Notes: generated from the sequence alone by a model not told the origin. A stretch of 64,000 bases of DNA from an uncultured bacterium (GCA_903893315.1 CAITLU010000024.1:5119-69118), one strand, 5' to 3'. Counted from the first letter of the stretch, positions 28,199-38,539 are shown. Translations and numbers: made by a program.

Positions 28199-30796
28199 TC
28201 AGGCGTTGCGCCGTCGTCCGAAACTTCCCGGTTTGCGCTCCGGCTTGGCGTCGAGCGGGTTCTCCGGCCACGAGTGCTTGGGGTATCGCGCGCGCAGTTC
28301 GCGACGCACCTCGAGGTAGGCAGTGCGCCAGAAGCTGGCCAGGTCTTCGGTCACCTGCTCAGGGCGGCCGTTGGGAGCCAGCAGGTGCACCACTACGGCG
28401 ACGCGTCCCGCCGCTACGCGCGGCGTCTCCGTCAGTCCGAACAACTCCTGGATGCGCGCAGCCAGTGCCGGTGCGCGGCCGGGCACATAGTCGAGACGGA
28501 TGTGGCTGCCGCTCGGAACCTCCAGATGTTCGGGGGCGTTGCGGTCGAGCGCGCGGCGTTGTTCGTGGGTCAGGCGGGCCCTGAGCGCTTCGAGCAGAGG
28601 TGCACGCCTGGTCTCTTCGAAAGACTGGCGTCCTTGGGCCAGTTCTCGTGCGACATCGGCTATCGAAGCTTGATCGAACGTCGTGAGTCCCAGCTCTGGC
28701 ATCCACTGGGCCAGCGAGCGTACGCGGGCCAGCAAACTCTGCACGTCGGCGTTGTCGAGTGACAGTGCACGGGTTGGCTGAAGCGCAGCGTGCTCGGCCA
28801 GCAAGTTTCCAGATTCGGCGCGGTCGACGCGCGGCAGCGGTTTTTCTTCGATGACGAGATCGCGGTAGGCGGTCCGCTCCGCCGCGACCACGCGTTCTGT
28901 GGAATCTTCGAAGAACAGTGCACGCGACTGCCTGGTAGGAAGCCACTCGGCTTCGATCGCGGAGGCCTGTCGTACCAGGGTTTCCGAGCGCTCGCCGCGA
29001 CGGCCACCGTCGAGTTCGACGCACACGAACAGTTCGGCGGTATGCACGACGCTCTCGGCGGCCAGACGCAGGCCACGGCCGCCGACCATCACCGCACGCT
29101 CGCTGCCGCGCTGGCGCCTGCGCCCGACTCGATCGGGAAACGCCGCCAGCAGTGCGCGCAGCAGGGCGTCTTCGGCGCCAGCACCGTGACTCCGGCTGCC
29201 GCTGCCGCGTGCTTCTGACGGCCGCATCGAAGCAGTGCCCGGTAGTAAATTTCTTGCGAGGTCTTTGGCTACGCGCAATACGGCGTGCGCGGCGCCGACA
29301 CTGAGTTCGGGCCACGCCGACGGCGAACGTGTCGCAGCGGCGGCGAAGCGTTCGAGCAGCAGCACCCGCTCCACCACGTCTGACTCGCAAGTGGTCGCAG
29401 CGCTGCGTCCGCGAAACGCGTCACGGCGAAACGGATCACGTTCGCTCAACATCGCGGCGGCCAGCGCCGCCTGTTGCGCGCAGCCGTGCGTGCGTCCCTC
29501 TACCAGCAGGCGTGCGATGCGCGGCGCCAATGGAAGATGCGCGAGTTCGCGACCGAGTTCGGTGACGCCGCGTTCGTCGACGGCGCCGAGGTCTTCGAGA
29601 AGACGTGCGGCGGCGGCGAGCGCAGCGGCTTCCGGTGCTTCGAACCAGCCGAAGCCCGCAGCGCTCGGCTCTCCCCATGTACGAAGCTCGAGCACCGCGC
29701 GAGAAAGGTCGACGCGGCGGATCTCCGGATCTTCGCTTGCTTTCAGCGACGCGTCGTCGTGAGCGCTCCACAGACGCAGGCACAGCCCCGGCGCCGTGCG
29801 ACCGGCGCGTCCTGTCCGCTGATCGGCCGAAGCGCGCGAGATGCGCGTCAGTTCCAGACGGTCCACGCCTACGGCAGGGTCGAAGCGCAACACCCGCGCG
29901 AGTCCCGAGTCGACCACGGCCGTGATGTTGTCGATCGTTACCGAGGTCTCGGCCACGTTGGTCGACAGCACTACCTTGCGCAACTGAGCGCGACGCAGCA
30001 CCGCGTCTTGTTCTTCGGCGGGCAGATCGCCGTACATTTCCATGACGACCAGCCCTCGTTGCCGGGCGGTGTCCGCCAGTGTTTCGCCGGCGCGACGGAT
30101 CTCGGCGAGGCCGGGAAGAAAGACCAGTACGTCGCCCGCAGTCTGTTCGAGCGCGATTTCGACCGCGGCGGCTACGGCATTCTCGAGACGCGCCTCGGCG
30201 GCGACGGCGAGATTGCGGACTTCGACCGGATACAAGCGACCCCGGCTTTCGATCACGGGCGCGTCGCCGAGGAAGTGTGCGATCGGGGCCGGATCGAGCG
30301 TTGCCGACATGACCACGATCCTGAGATCGCTGCGCGCTTCCAACTGCACTTTGCGCGTCATCGCCAGCGACAGGTCGGCGTCGAGGCTGCGTTCGTGAAA
30401 CTCGTCGAACAGCACCGCGCCGATGCCGTCCAAAAACGGATCGTCCTGGAGGCGCCGCAGAAAGACGCCTTCGGTCATTGCCACCAGACGTGTGCGCGGC
30501 CCCACCTTGCGGTCGAAGCGCACGGCGTAGCCGACCTCTTCACCCAACTCGCCGCCGCGCTCGAAAGCGATGCGCCGCGCCGCCGCGCGCGCCGCCACCC
30601 GCCGCGGCTGCAGCAACACGACCGTACCGTGGCACGACTGCGCGTCGAGAATTGCCGCTGCCACGCGCGTGGTCTTGCCGGCTCCTGTGGGCGCGCGCAG
30701 AACCAGGTTTGGTGTGAGTTCCAGCGACGCGACGATGTCGGCGATGACGGCGTCGATGGGGAGCGGCTCACGCTCGCGCGTTGTGGGGGCGGTCAT
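28199..30796 (-). CDS. hrpB: ATP-dependent RNA helicase HrpB (DEAH-box)
   Basis: APTGAGKTT Walker A, DEFHER (DEAH) box, SATLD, the helicase C domain and the HrpB-specific C-terminal region, at 865 aa. Confidence 0.92.
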   Translation of the reverse strand: MTAPTTREREPLPIDAVIADIVASLELTPNLVLRAPTGAGKTTRVAAAILDAQSCHGTVVLLQPRRVAARAAARRIAFERGGELGEEVGYAVRFDRKVGPRTRLVAMTEGVFLRRLQDDPFLDGIGAVLFDEFHERSLDADLSLAMTRKVQLEARSDLRIVVMSATLDPAPIAHFLGDAPVIESRGRLYPVEVRNLAVAAEARLENAVAAAVEIALEQTAGDVLVFLPGLAEIRRAGETLADTARQRGLVVMEMYGDLPAEEQDAVLRRAQLRKVVLSTNVAETSVTIDNITAVVDSGLARVLRFDPAVGVDRLELTRISRASADQRTGRAGRTAPGLCLRLWSAHDDASLKASEDPEIRRVDLSRAVLELRTWGEPSAAGFGWFEAPEAAALAAAARLLEDLGAVDERGVTELGRELAHLPLAPRIARLLVEGRTHGCAQQAALAAAMLSERDPFRRDAFRGRSAATTCESDVVERVLLLERFAAAATRSPSAWPELSVGAAHAVLRVAKDLARNLLPGTASMRPSEARGSGSRSHGAGAEDALLRALLAAFPDRVGRRRQRGSERAVMVGGRGLRLAAESVVHTAELFVCVELDGGRRGERSETLVRQASAIEAEWLPTRQSRALFFEDSTERVVAAERTAYRDLVIEEKPLPRVDRAESGNLLAEHAALQPTRALSLDNADVQSLLARVRSLAQWMPELGLTTFDQASIADVARELAQGRQSFEETRRAPLLEALRARLTHEQRRALDRNAPEHLEVPSGSHIRLDYVPGRAPALAARIQELFGLTETPRVAAGRVAVVVHLLAPNGRPEQVTEDLASFWRTAYLEVRRELRARYPKHSWPENPLDAKPERKPGSFGRRRNA

Positions 30797-30878
30797 CTAT
30801 CTCGCGATGCCCGACCGTGTTCTCTGCCGGGACGCCGCAGGCGAATCATTGCGGGCGCGGGTGGCAGAGGACGCCGGT

Positions 30879-31607
30879 TCATTTCGCGTAGTGGTCCCAG
30901 CTCACCACTTCGCGGGGATGTGGGCGCTTTACGGGGCCGAACTTGCCCATCGGATAGCCGAGCGGAATCACGGCGGCCAGCGTCACGGTGGAAGGAATGC
31001 CGAGAACCTCTTCGAACTGGCCGGGAACGAAGAAGTGCGGCGTGGTCAGCACCGCGCCGAGGCCGAGAGCCCGGGCCGCGAGCAGCAGGTTCTGCACCGC
31101 GGGGTAGGCGGTCGAGCCGTCGATGAGTCCGCGGGTGCGCCCGCCGCCGGCTGCGAGTTTGATAGCTCCGGTCAGGCCGAAGTTCTGCACCGCTTTCACC
31201 AGCGTCGCCGGTGATGCCAGAGCCTTGGCGATGGCTTCGTCCTTGGCCACGCACACGCAGATCAGCGCCGGCACTTCGTGGATGTGCTCGACCATGTAGG
31301 TGCCGGTCGCGGTTGCTTTCCGGCGATCTTCGGGCTTTTCGCCGGGGCGCAACTCGGCCTTGGCGAGGGTCTCCTGGTAGAAGTTCCAGGTCTTGCGCCA
31401 CAGCGCCTGGATCTTCTTTTTCTGCTCCCCGTCGCGGACGATGACGAAGCGCCAGTTCTGGGCGTTGCTGCCACTGGGACCATGAAGAGCCGCATCGACC
31501 AGCTGAAGCAGCAGCTGTTCGGGAATCGGGTCCGGCTTGAGCCGGCGCATGGCACGGCAGGTATGGAGTATTTCAAAGAGTGGAGCGTCGCCGGCGGGTA
31601 TCGTCAT
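30879..31607 (-). CDS. Nitroreductase family protein
   Basis: ...RRLKPDPIPEQLLLQLVDAALHGPSGSNAQNWRFVIVRDGEQKKKI... is the classic nitroreductase N-terminal. The start is taken at MTIPAGD; the upstream part of the 566-aa ORF is antisense to the next gene. Confidence 0.8.
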   Translation of the reverse strand: MTIPAGDAPLFEILHTCRAMRRLKPDPIPEQLLLQLVDAALHGPSGSNAQNWRFVIVRDGEQKKKIQALWRKTWNFYQETLAKAELRPGEKPEDRRKATATGTYMVEHIHEVPALICVCVAKDEAIAKALASPATLVKAVQNFGLTGAIKLAAGGGRTRGLIDGSTAYPAVQNLLLAARALGLGAVLTTPHFFVPGQFEEVLGIPSTVTLAAVIPLGYPMGKFGPVKRPHPREVVSWDHYAK

Positions 31608-31886
31608 GGTAGGTCTCCGTGACTTGGTGCTAGCAGGCTCGCGCCGGACCTGCCAACCGGGCGTTCTGGCGCAGAGTCCCGCCGCCCTGCCCATCGGCCC
31701 CGATTCGTCATCTGACCCGGCGGTCGTCAAGCCGCTGGATCGGAGGACGTGACCCCGTGGCGCGTTGCGTCCCCGTGTGCGGCAGTTATGCTGCGCCGAT
31801 GGTCGGGCTCGCTGCGGCCATCTCGCGTCTGCCTTGGTGATGAGTTTCCGCTCTTGTGCCCATCGATCCTCCCTTGGAGAGTGAAC

Positions 31887-33398
31887 ATGACCTCGACCCC
31901 AATCACGGATTCTGCGCTGTCCTACACGGAACCGGGCGGTGTGCCGGTCGCCAATTTGCGATCGTGGCTGCTCACCGATGATCCGGCGCGCTTTGCCGCG
32001 CGGCATCTGACGCTGGCCGCGATATTTGCGGTATGTGGGCTTGTCGCAGCCCTGCCGCTGCGGATCGAACTCCTCACGCCGCAACTCGATTTCCTCGCCG
32101 CGCGGACCTTCGGCGCTCTGCTTTCGCTGCACGGCACCCTGATGTTCTACTTCGTGGCGCTGCCGGCGTTTCCCGGTGTCCTGGGCTACGCGCTGCTGCC
32201 CGAAGCTTTGGGCGTGAGGACCTTGGTGTTCCCGCGGCTGATGACACTTTCCTGGTGTCTCGCGGCCGCCGGAGGCGCGACAGTGCTGGCGGGGTTCATC
32301 GCGGGAGGCAGCGAAGTGGGCTGGACCTTCGATGCCGAGTTCGGCGGGCACTTCAGTGCTGTCGGGGTCGTTCCGATGGCAGCCGGCGTATTCATGGCGG
32401 CGGCCGCTCTGGTGGCGATGTCGGTCAACTTCATCGCTACGATCATGCAGTGGAGACGAACGCAGCCCGCGCCTCGCGTGCTGACGCCGCTGGCATCCTC
32501 GCTTCTGTTCGCGAACGTCGGCGCGTTGGTCGCGGCGCCCTTCCTTGCCTGCTGCATGCTGCTCGTCGTGCTGGATCACTACGGATTGACGTCACTGTTT
32601 GATCCCGCTTCGGGTGGTGATCCGCTGCTGTTCAAGACGCTCTTCAGATTTTTTGTCTCACCGGCCAAGAGCATGGTGCTGGTGGCCGCGCTCGGTACCG
32701 TAGTCACTGTGGTGTCGGCACGCGCGCCGGGCGGCGGCACGGATGCACGCGACCGTGTCCTGAACCGGACGCTCGCTCTGCTGGCGGTAGCCGGGCTCGG
32801 GGCGTGGGGCGGCGCCGAAACATCGCCGTCGATCGGTGTGGTGATGCAGGATCTGTCTTTCGTGCTGTGCGCGGTGGCGGTGATCGCCGCCGGTTCCGTC
32901 GTGTTTCGTACGGTGGCGATCATGCGTCGGGGCATTACGCGCATCGACGCGCCGATGGTCTATGCCCTGGGGTTTCTGGCGATGGCTGTCCCGGTTCTCG
33001 GCTGCGCTCTGGCGCTGGGGATTCCGGCGACCCGTACCCTTCTTGGCAACACGACCTTCGCGACCGCGCAGCTGCATCTGTTGATGATGGCCACGCTCGC
33101 GATGGCCTTTCTTGCTGGCGTTCACGAGATCTGGCCGCGCCTGGCAGGTCGTCGCTTTGCAGACCGGATCGCGTGCGGCGCGGCGGCAGTCATCCTGATA
33201 GGCACCGTACTGTCGTTCGGTCCCCAACTTCTGCTGGGTCTGAAGGGTGCGTCGTTTCGCGCCAACGAGTACCTGCCTGAGTTCCAGGTGCTGCAAGTTC
33301 TGTCCACCGCTGGCACGAGCGTCCTGGGGGCGGCAACTGTCGTTGCGATCGCCAACCTGGTGCTGGGCCGCCGCATCGGCGAACCGGGCGACGCATGA
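31887..33398 (+). CDS. Heme-copper oxidase subunit I-like polytopic membrane protein (divergent; conserved CuB His ligands apparently missing)
   Basis: About 12 TM. ...LSLHGTLMFYFVALPAFPGVLGYALLP... and ...GGDPLLFKTLFRFFVSPA... parallel the COX1 helix II and helix VI regions. GGAGAG RBS 5 nt upstream. Confidence 0.55.
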   Translation: MTSTPITDSALSYTEPGGVPVANLRSWLLTDDPARFAARHLTLAAIFAVCGLVAALPLRIELLTPQLDFLAARTFGALLSLHGTLMFYFVALPAFPGVLGYALLPEALGVRTLVFPRLMTLSWCLAAAGGATVLAGFIAGGSEVGWTFDAEFGGHFSAVGVVPMAAGVFMAAAALVAMSVNFIATIMQWRRTQPAPRVLTPLASSLLFANVGALVAAPFLACCMLLVVLDHYGLTSLFDPASGGDPLLFKTLFRFFVSPAKSMVLVAALGTVVTVVSARAPGGGTDARDRVLNRTLALLAVAGLGAWGGAETSPSIGVVMQDLSFVLCAVAVIAAGSVVFRTVAIMRRGITRIDAPMVYALGFLAMAVPVLGCALALGIPATRTLLGNTTFATAQLHLLMMATLAMAFLAGVHEIWPRLAGRRFADRIACGAAAVILIGTVLSFGPQLLLGLKGASFRANEYLPEFQVLQVLSTAGTSVLGAATVVAIANLVLGRRIGEPGDA

Positions 33399-33511
33399 CC
33401 AAGCTGGTTTGCTCGGCTCGAGGTCGCGGACAATCATTGCCGCACGTTTGAACGGTGACGCGTGTCTTGCGTGATGCGCCGCCGGGGACCGCGTCGTTTT
33501 CGGAGCGATCT

Positions 33512-33952
33512 ATGAAGTTTGAGACGATCCTCGTTACAACCGATTTTTCTGCGGAGGCCGACGTCGCCATTCCGGTTGCCTTTCAGTTGGCGAAAGAACA
33601 CGGCGGCAGCGTGGTTCTCGCGCACGTGGTCGAGGGTTTCGGGATCCCCAATCCTCTCTACCCGCATTACAGCGCGACTCTCTCTCCGCAGGAACACGCG
33701 CGCATCGACGGCGAAGTGCGCAAGGCTTTGGCCGACCGTGTACCGGCCGAGTACCGCAAGGAAGTGGTCTGGGAAACGATCACGGCCGCCGGCGAGCCTG
33801 CTGCCGAACTTGCGCGGCTGGCGGAGCAGGTTAACGCGTCGCTGATCGTGATCTCCTCACACGGTCGCACCGGCCTGAGGCGCCTGGCTCTGGGCAGCGT
33901 GGCCGAGCGCGTTCTGCGTCTGTCTACCGGTCCGATCCTGATCTTGCGTTGA
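33512..33952 (+). CDS. Universal stress protein (UspA family)
   Basis: MKFETILVTTDFSAEADVA...SLIVISSHGRTGLRRLALGSVAERVLR is the UspA fold with its ATP-binding G-x2-G-x9-G(S/T) region. Confidence 0.85.
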   Translation: MKFETILVTTDFSAEADVAIPVAFQLAKEHGGSVVLAHVVEGFGIPNPLYPHYSATLSPQEHARIDGEVRKALADRVPAEYRKEVVWETITAAGEPAAELARLAEQVNASLIVISSHGRTGLRRLALGSVAERVLRLSTGPILILR

Positions 33953-34041
33953 TGCGTGACCCGCGCCTGTGTGCGGCGCGGCACCGCATCCGTTGCGGCG
34001 TAACCAGCGGCGCAGCCGCCTGACGAGTCAGTCGCGAAGAG

Positions 34042-35514
34042 ATGATGAGCGCAGGGGAAACGAGATTCGCCCGACTGGTCGCCGGGATGTTTTTCGCGGT
34101 GTCGTTGGCCAAGCTCTTTACCCACGAGCCGTGGCGCGATGAGTGGGGCCCATGGGGAATCGCGCTGGCCAGCGACGGTCTGCGGCAACTGTGGCGGGCG
34201 TTGCCGTACGAGGGGCACGCCCGGTTCTGGTACTTCCTGGTCTTTGCGCTCGAGCGCGTTACCGGCCGCTTCGAGTCGGTACAACTGGTCACCGCGGTGT
34301 TCGCGACTGTCGCTGTGTGGGTAGTTGCGAGGTTCGCGCCGTTCCCGCGCTGGGCCCGGGTGCTGTTCGCCGTCGGCTACTATCCGCTCTTCGAGTACGG
34401 GTCGATCGCGAGACCTTACTCGATCGAACTGGCCGCGACATGCGTGGCCGCCGCTGTCTTTTGCCGCGCGCGCCGCGCGCCGCTGCCGTTGGCCGTCGCG
34501 CTCGTGGTTCTCGCGCAGACGACGATCTACGGCGTGATCCTGGCTGCGGCGTTCGGCGTGGCCTGGCTCGCTGATCTCTGGCGGGCAGCGCCGGGCGATC
34601 GCGCCTTGCCGTCGCACAGTTGGATCGCGGCCGGGATCGTCGGCGTCAGTATGGTTGCAGCGGTGGCACAGATGGTGCCGCCGTCCGATTCGACGTTCGC
34701 GCGCGGATGGCGCACGAAATTGGAGCCGTCGCGCGTGGCGCGCGTGGTGGCGACGGTGACGCGCGGAGTGACGCCGCTACCGCGCCCTCAGGTACACTTC
34801 TGGAACACCCACGTGCTGGACGGCAGCCCGCGGGTAGAGTGTGCCGTCGGCGCCGCGATGCTGCTCGTGTTCTCGTTGCTGTTCGTGCGCTCGCCGTCCG
34901 CATTGCTGCTGTGGATCGTCGCGACCGCCGGCCTGCTGGCCTTCGAGTACATCAAGTACGAGGGCTACGCGCGTCATCAAGGCCACTTCTTTCTCGCTTT
35001 CCTGGCGGCGGCGTGGCTCGCGATGGAGGCGCAGCGGGCAGCCGGAGCGAAGAATAATGTCGTGGCCTCGCTCGGGCTGGCGGTGCTGGCCGTGGTTCTC
35101 GTCGTCAACGCCGCTGGAGGACTGCTGGCCGTGGCGGTGGACTGGACGTTCCCGTTCTCGACCGCGACCGCCGCCGCGCAGACCCTGCGCCGCCGCGGTC
35201 TGGCCGAACTCCCGGCCGTGGGCCGCCGTGGATCGACCACCGCCGCGGTCGCTGCCGTGCTCGGACGGCCGATCGTGCTTGCCGGCACCGGCCGCACCTC
35301 GACGTTCGTCAGTTGGGACCACACCTACAGGGTTCCGTCGCTGCCGCGTGCGACCGAGGAAGCACGGCGCCTGGCGGCGACGTCAGGTTCGGCGGTGCTG
35401 CTCATCCTCGACACTCCGCTCGTGAAACTTCCGCGCCGCGTCGAATGGCTGGCTTCGATGGCCGAACCAATCGTGCGCGACGAGCAGTTCCACATCTACG
35501 TAGTGCAACCCTGA
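34042..35514 (+). CDS. Integral membrane protein, possibly a GT-C-type glycosyltransferase / DUF2029-like
   Basis: About 11 predicted TM, with an acidic W-rich first periplasmic loop (HEPWRDEWGPWG). The family cannot be assigned from sequence by eye. Confidence 0.5.
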   Translation: MMSAGETRFARLVAGMFFAVSLAKLFTHEPWRDEWGPWGIALASDGLRQLWRALPYEGHARFWYFLVFALERVTGRFESVQLVTAVFATVAVWVVARFAPFPRWARVLFAVGYYPLFEYGSIARPYSIELAATCVAAAVFCRARRAPLPLAVALVVLAQTTIYGVILAAAFGVAWLADLWRAAPGDRALPSHSWIAAGIVGVSMVAAVAQMVPPSDSTFARGWRTKLEPSRVARVVATVTRGVTPLPRPQVHFWNTHVLDGSPRVECAVGAAMLLVFSLLFVRSPSALLLWIVATAGLLAFEYIKYEGYARHQGHFFLAFLAAAWLAMEAQRAAGAKNNVVASLGLAVLAVVLVVNAAGGLLAVAVDWTFPFSTATAAAQTLRRRGLAELPAVGRRGSTTAAVAAVLGRPIVLAGTGRTSTFVSWDHTYRVPSLPRATEEARRLAATSGSAVLLILDTPLVKLPRRVEWLASMAEPIVRDEQFHIYVVQP

Positions 35515-35606
35515 CGCAGCGCCGAGGCTGCGGGCAAGCCGGAGCGGTCAGCGCCCGGCCCGGGCGTCGTCCGCGCATGAGCCGCGAAGTGCGCCAGGGC
35601 GGCCGG

Positions 35607-35885
35607 TCAGAGGAACTCGCACAGGTAGGCGACGGGCGCCTCGGCCTTCACGTCGAAGCCGCTCTTGGCCGCGACTTCGAAAGCCGTACCAGCGGGAAAC
35701 GCCCTCATCTCGGCGCCGGGCAGACGCACCCACAATTCGCCGCTGACGATCGTCATGCGCTCGGGGGCGTCGGTGCCGAAGTGAAATTCGCCCTTGGCGA
35801 TCACGCCGGCCGTCTGTCTGCGCCCGTTGCGCTCGAAGCCGATGCTTTGGACGTCACCGTTGAAATAACTGTTGTGGATGAGCAT
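35607..35885 (-). CDS. ppnP: Pyrimidine/purine nucleoside phosphorylase PpnP (DUF1255 cupin)
   Basis: MLIHNSYFNGDVQSIGFE...GEFHFGTDAPERMTIVSGEL...AYLCEFL aligns end to end with E. coli YaiE/PpnP. Confidence 0.85.
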   Translation of the reverse strand: MLIHNSYFNGDVQSIGFERNGRRQTAGVIAKGEFHFGTDAPERMTIVSGELWVRLPGAEMRAFPAGTAFEVAAKSGFDVKAEAPVAYLCEFL

Positions 35886-36217
35886 GCGCGCTGTGTAGCC
35901 GAGACGCCGTAAAGGGGCCAGAGCGGCCAATGCCGTATGTGGACAAGAGTGTAAGCGGCGAGACAGCAAAACTGACGGTCGAGGCCGTCGTGCACAAGGA
36001 GAGGCACCTCGTAAGTGCCGATCGGCGGCCTTTGTTCCACGCAGCGGGCTGCCGCTCCGATGCCTTCGTAGAAAAAATCTCGTTGACGCGGCGCGCCGTT
36101 GTCGGATTCCGTTGGAAGTCGGTCGAAGCGGCGAGGCATTATGCGCGCGTCGTGAGATTGAGGCGCCGCATCCGAGTACCGGATGCGGCTATGGCTTTCG
36201 GCAACGGGCCGCACTGA

Positions 36218-36409
36218 ATGAAGGAAACTATCGTAGAGCAATTGCGCCGCCGGGCGATTGGTTGCGAAGACGAGGCCGAGATCGAGGCCGCGTTTTCGGA
36301 AATCGACGCGAGGTTGCGCTCACTGGTCGAATCGATCGATACCGCACGTGTTGATGAACCCGAATCGGGATGCTGGGAGTCCTCCAATCCGTGGCATGGC
36401 GCGCAGTAG
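36218..36409 (+). CDS. Small hypothetical protein (63 aa), questionable
   Basis: MKETIVEQLRRRAIGCEDEAEIEAAFSEIDARLRSLVESIDTAR… is helix-like in composition. It lies directly upstream of the coiled-coil gene; there is no other support. Confidence 0.25.
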   Translation: MKETIVEQLRRRAIGCEDEAEIEAAFSEIDARLRSLVESIDTARVDEPESGCWESSNPWHGAQ

Positions 36410-36455
36410 GCTTGCCGGCCGAGAGACGGGGTGTGTGGATGAAGATTGAACGAAT

Positions 36456-37541
36456 ATGAAAGTTGAATCTCCTCAGCCGGGGATGGCCACCGATCCTCTT
36501 CTGGGTCGTATTGAAACCGCCAAGCGCGACGCGATCGCGTCCGTTGCTTCGCTGCGCGAGACCCTGTGGGCGCGTACTCTCGTGCTGTCTCAACTGCGCG
36601 CCGACCTTGCCCGTGCTGTCGATGCCTTCGAAGAGGATCGCCGTGCGCTCGAGCGAGAGCGCGAGCAATTGGACAAGCAGATCAATCAGCCGCTCGACCC
36701 GCAGGTTTTCGAAGCGCGGTTGATCGAACAACGGGATCAGCTGGTTCGGGATCTTGCTGCTTTCGAGGGTGAGTCCACGGCGATTCGCGAGCGCGCTTCC
36801 AAGCGAGCCGAAGAGATGGCGGCGCGCGAAAAAGCGTTGGCCGAGGCGCAAGCCGATCTGGACGAGGAATACCGGACTTGCGCGCGCGAACGTGCGGCGA
36901 TGCAGGCCACGGCTCAAGCCAGCGGCCGGGAAATTGCCGCTCGTGAGAACGCGCTCTGTGCCGAGCGTGAGCAATTCTCGACGGACGTCGCGGGTTTCAC
37001 TCAGGAACGGACCGAGGCCGAAGCGCGCCTTGCGGCGTTCGGCAGCGAGCTCGATTCCCGTGAGCGTGTTCTGGAAGTCGAAAGGTCCGCTCTTCAGCAG
37101 CAGCGTCGAGAAGTGGAACAGCACGAGCAGGACGTACGCAGATCCGAGACGGCGGGTGCGCAGGAACTTGCCCGCCGCCGTCTGGAACTCGAAGAACGCC
37201 GCGTGGAATTGGACCAGGAAAGCGAAGCGCTCGCTCAGGCCCGCGAGGGGCTCGACCCCGAATGCGAACGTCGCTCCGGCGAACTGAAAGTTCTCGCCGC
37301 GAGTCTCGACGAGCAGCGCCAGACACTCGAACAAGAGCGCGTCGAAATGGAGAACGAGCGCCGGAGAGTGTCGCAAGAGCGTCGAACGCTCGACCAGTCG
37401 GCGGCTTCAAAACTGGCGGAACTCGGAGCCCTTGAAGTCTGGCTTGCGCAGTCGCGTGCGCGACTCGAGTTCGAGGTTTCACAGGTCACGGCCGAACGTG
37501 AACGACTAGGTGCCCAAGCGCGCACGTCTAAAACTGTTTGA
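36456..37541 (+). CDS. Coiled-coil protein (361 aa, E/R/A/L/Q-rich, heptad-like throughout)
   Basis: The translation is almost entirely coiled-coil forming (…LEREREQLDKQINQ…ERVLEVERSALQQQRREVEQHEQ…). The opposite-strand ORF is F/L-rich mirror junk. Confidence 0.7.
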   Translation: MKVESPQPGMATDPLLGRIETAKRDAIASVASLRETLWARTLVLSQLRADLARAVDAFEEDRRALEREREQLDKQINQPLDPQVFEARLIEQRDQLVRDLAAFEGESTAIRERASKRAEEMAAREKALAEAQADLDEEYRTCARERAAMQATAQASGREIAARENALCAEREQFSTDVAGFTQERTEAEARLAAFGSELDSRERVLEVERSALQQQRREVEQHEQDVRRSETAGAQELARRRLELEERRVELDQESEALAQAREGLDPECERRSGELKVLAASLDEQRQTLEQERVEMENERRRVSQERRTLDQSAASKLAELGALEVWLAQSRARLEFEVSQVTAERERLGAQARTSKTV

Positions 37542-37601
37542 TCGGCTCGCGGCTTTCGCCACGAAACTCCACGCCGGCGTCTATCCAGGGATACTCTCGG
37601 C

Positions 37602-37925
37602 ATGAATGACACCGTTATCGACGAAGCGATGCGGATCGGCGGCGTGCGTGGCGTGGCCGTGGTCGGCGCGTCAGGCAAGGTCTCGGCGGCCAGTGGTGCC
37701 GCCGGCGAACTCAGCCATTTTTTCGAAATGCTTTTCGCTGCGGCCTTGCCTCACGCTCGCGACGCTGCGGCGCTGTCGCTTCGACGCATTGTGGTGCGAA
37801 CCGACAGGGATGAAGTGTTTTCTCTCTTGATGGAACGCGCTGAAGCCTTGGGGCTCGTTTCCGAAAAATGGCGACCGGTTACCGAACTGTGCGCGGACCT
37901 GGAAGCGCTGCTGGCGCGCAACTGA
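37602..37925 (+). CDS. Roadblock/LC7 (MglB-like) domain protein, divergent
   Basis: 107 aa. …AMRIGGVRGVAVVGASGKV.AASG… followed by an alpha-beta core resembles the LC7 fold. Its stop overlaps the next start (TGATG). Confidence 0.6.
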   Translation: MNDTVIDEAMRIGGVRGVAVVGASGKVSAASGAAGELSHFFEMLFAAALPHARDAAALSLRRIVVRTDRDEVFSLLMERAEALGLVSEKWRPVTELCADLEALLARN

Positions 37926-38539
37926 TGCGGACCGTTCTGCGAGATCTTGAAAGCGTCAGCGGGGTTCGTTGCGGCTGCATAGTGCGCGACGGCGAAGTCC
38001 TGGCGTCGACGTTCATCGGTGACAGTGCGGCCACGCTCGCCGCAAGCCGGGAACTCGTCGGTGCGATCGCCGAGGGCCTGGAACTGCTGGGCCGGGAATT
38101 GGATGAGGTGCTGTTGGATCTCGGTGAGGCATCCGTAGTGGTCGTCCCGGTCGAAGAGGGATTCACGCTCACGCTGCTGGCGGGAGCGGAGACGAACCTG
38201 GACCTGCTGCGCGTGGTGATGCAGTCGTCGGTGCGGCAGATCCGCATGATGCTTTCGCGGGCGCCTCAGGTCTCTGCGTCGTCGGTGAGCACCAAGCAGC
38301 CGGACACTTCTGACGAAGACGTCGAGCGGCTCTTTCCGAAGATCATCGAACTTCTCACGGTGAGCATCGGGCCGGCTGCGCGAGTGGTCTTCAAGCACGG
38401 CGTTTCGATGTGGAAGGCGTCGCACACACCGACGGTCGGCAATCTGGTTTCGCTGGTCGAGATCCTGTCGGTGGACCTTGCCTCCGACGAGGATAGGCTT
38501 TGGTTTTGCCAAGAGGTCGAGCGTCTGCACACAGGCTGA
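37925..38539 (+). CDS. Roadblock/LC7 (MglB-like) domain protein with ~95-aa C-terminal extension
   Basis: LRDLESVSGVRCGCIVRDGEVLAS…ASVVVVPVEEGFTLTLLAGAETNLDLLRVVMQSSVRQIRMML is a textbook MglB-type Roadblock. The extension is then …FPKIIELLTVSIGPAARVVF…. Confidence 0.75.
   Translation: MRTVLRDLESVSGVRCGCIVRDGEVLASTFIGDSAATLAASRELVGAIAEGLELLGRELDEVLLDLGEASVVVVPVEEGFTLTLLAGAETNLDLLRVVMQSSVRQIRMMLSRAPQVSASSVSTKQPDTSDEDVERLFPKIIELLTVSIGPAARVVFKHGVSMWKASHTPTVGNLVSLVEILSVDLASDEDRLWFCQEVERLHTG

Noticed and set aside
37925-38539. Whether the C-terminal ~95 aa of the second Roadblock protein is a fused GTPase
   Set aside because: There is no P-loop (GxxxxGKS/T), no DxxG and no NKxD motif in the extension. 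It is treated as an uncharacterised tail.
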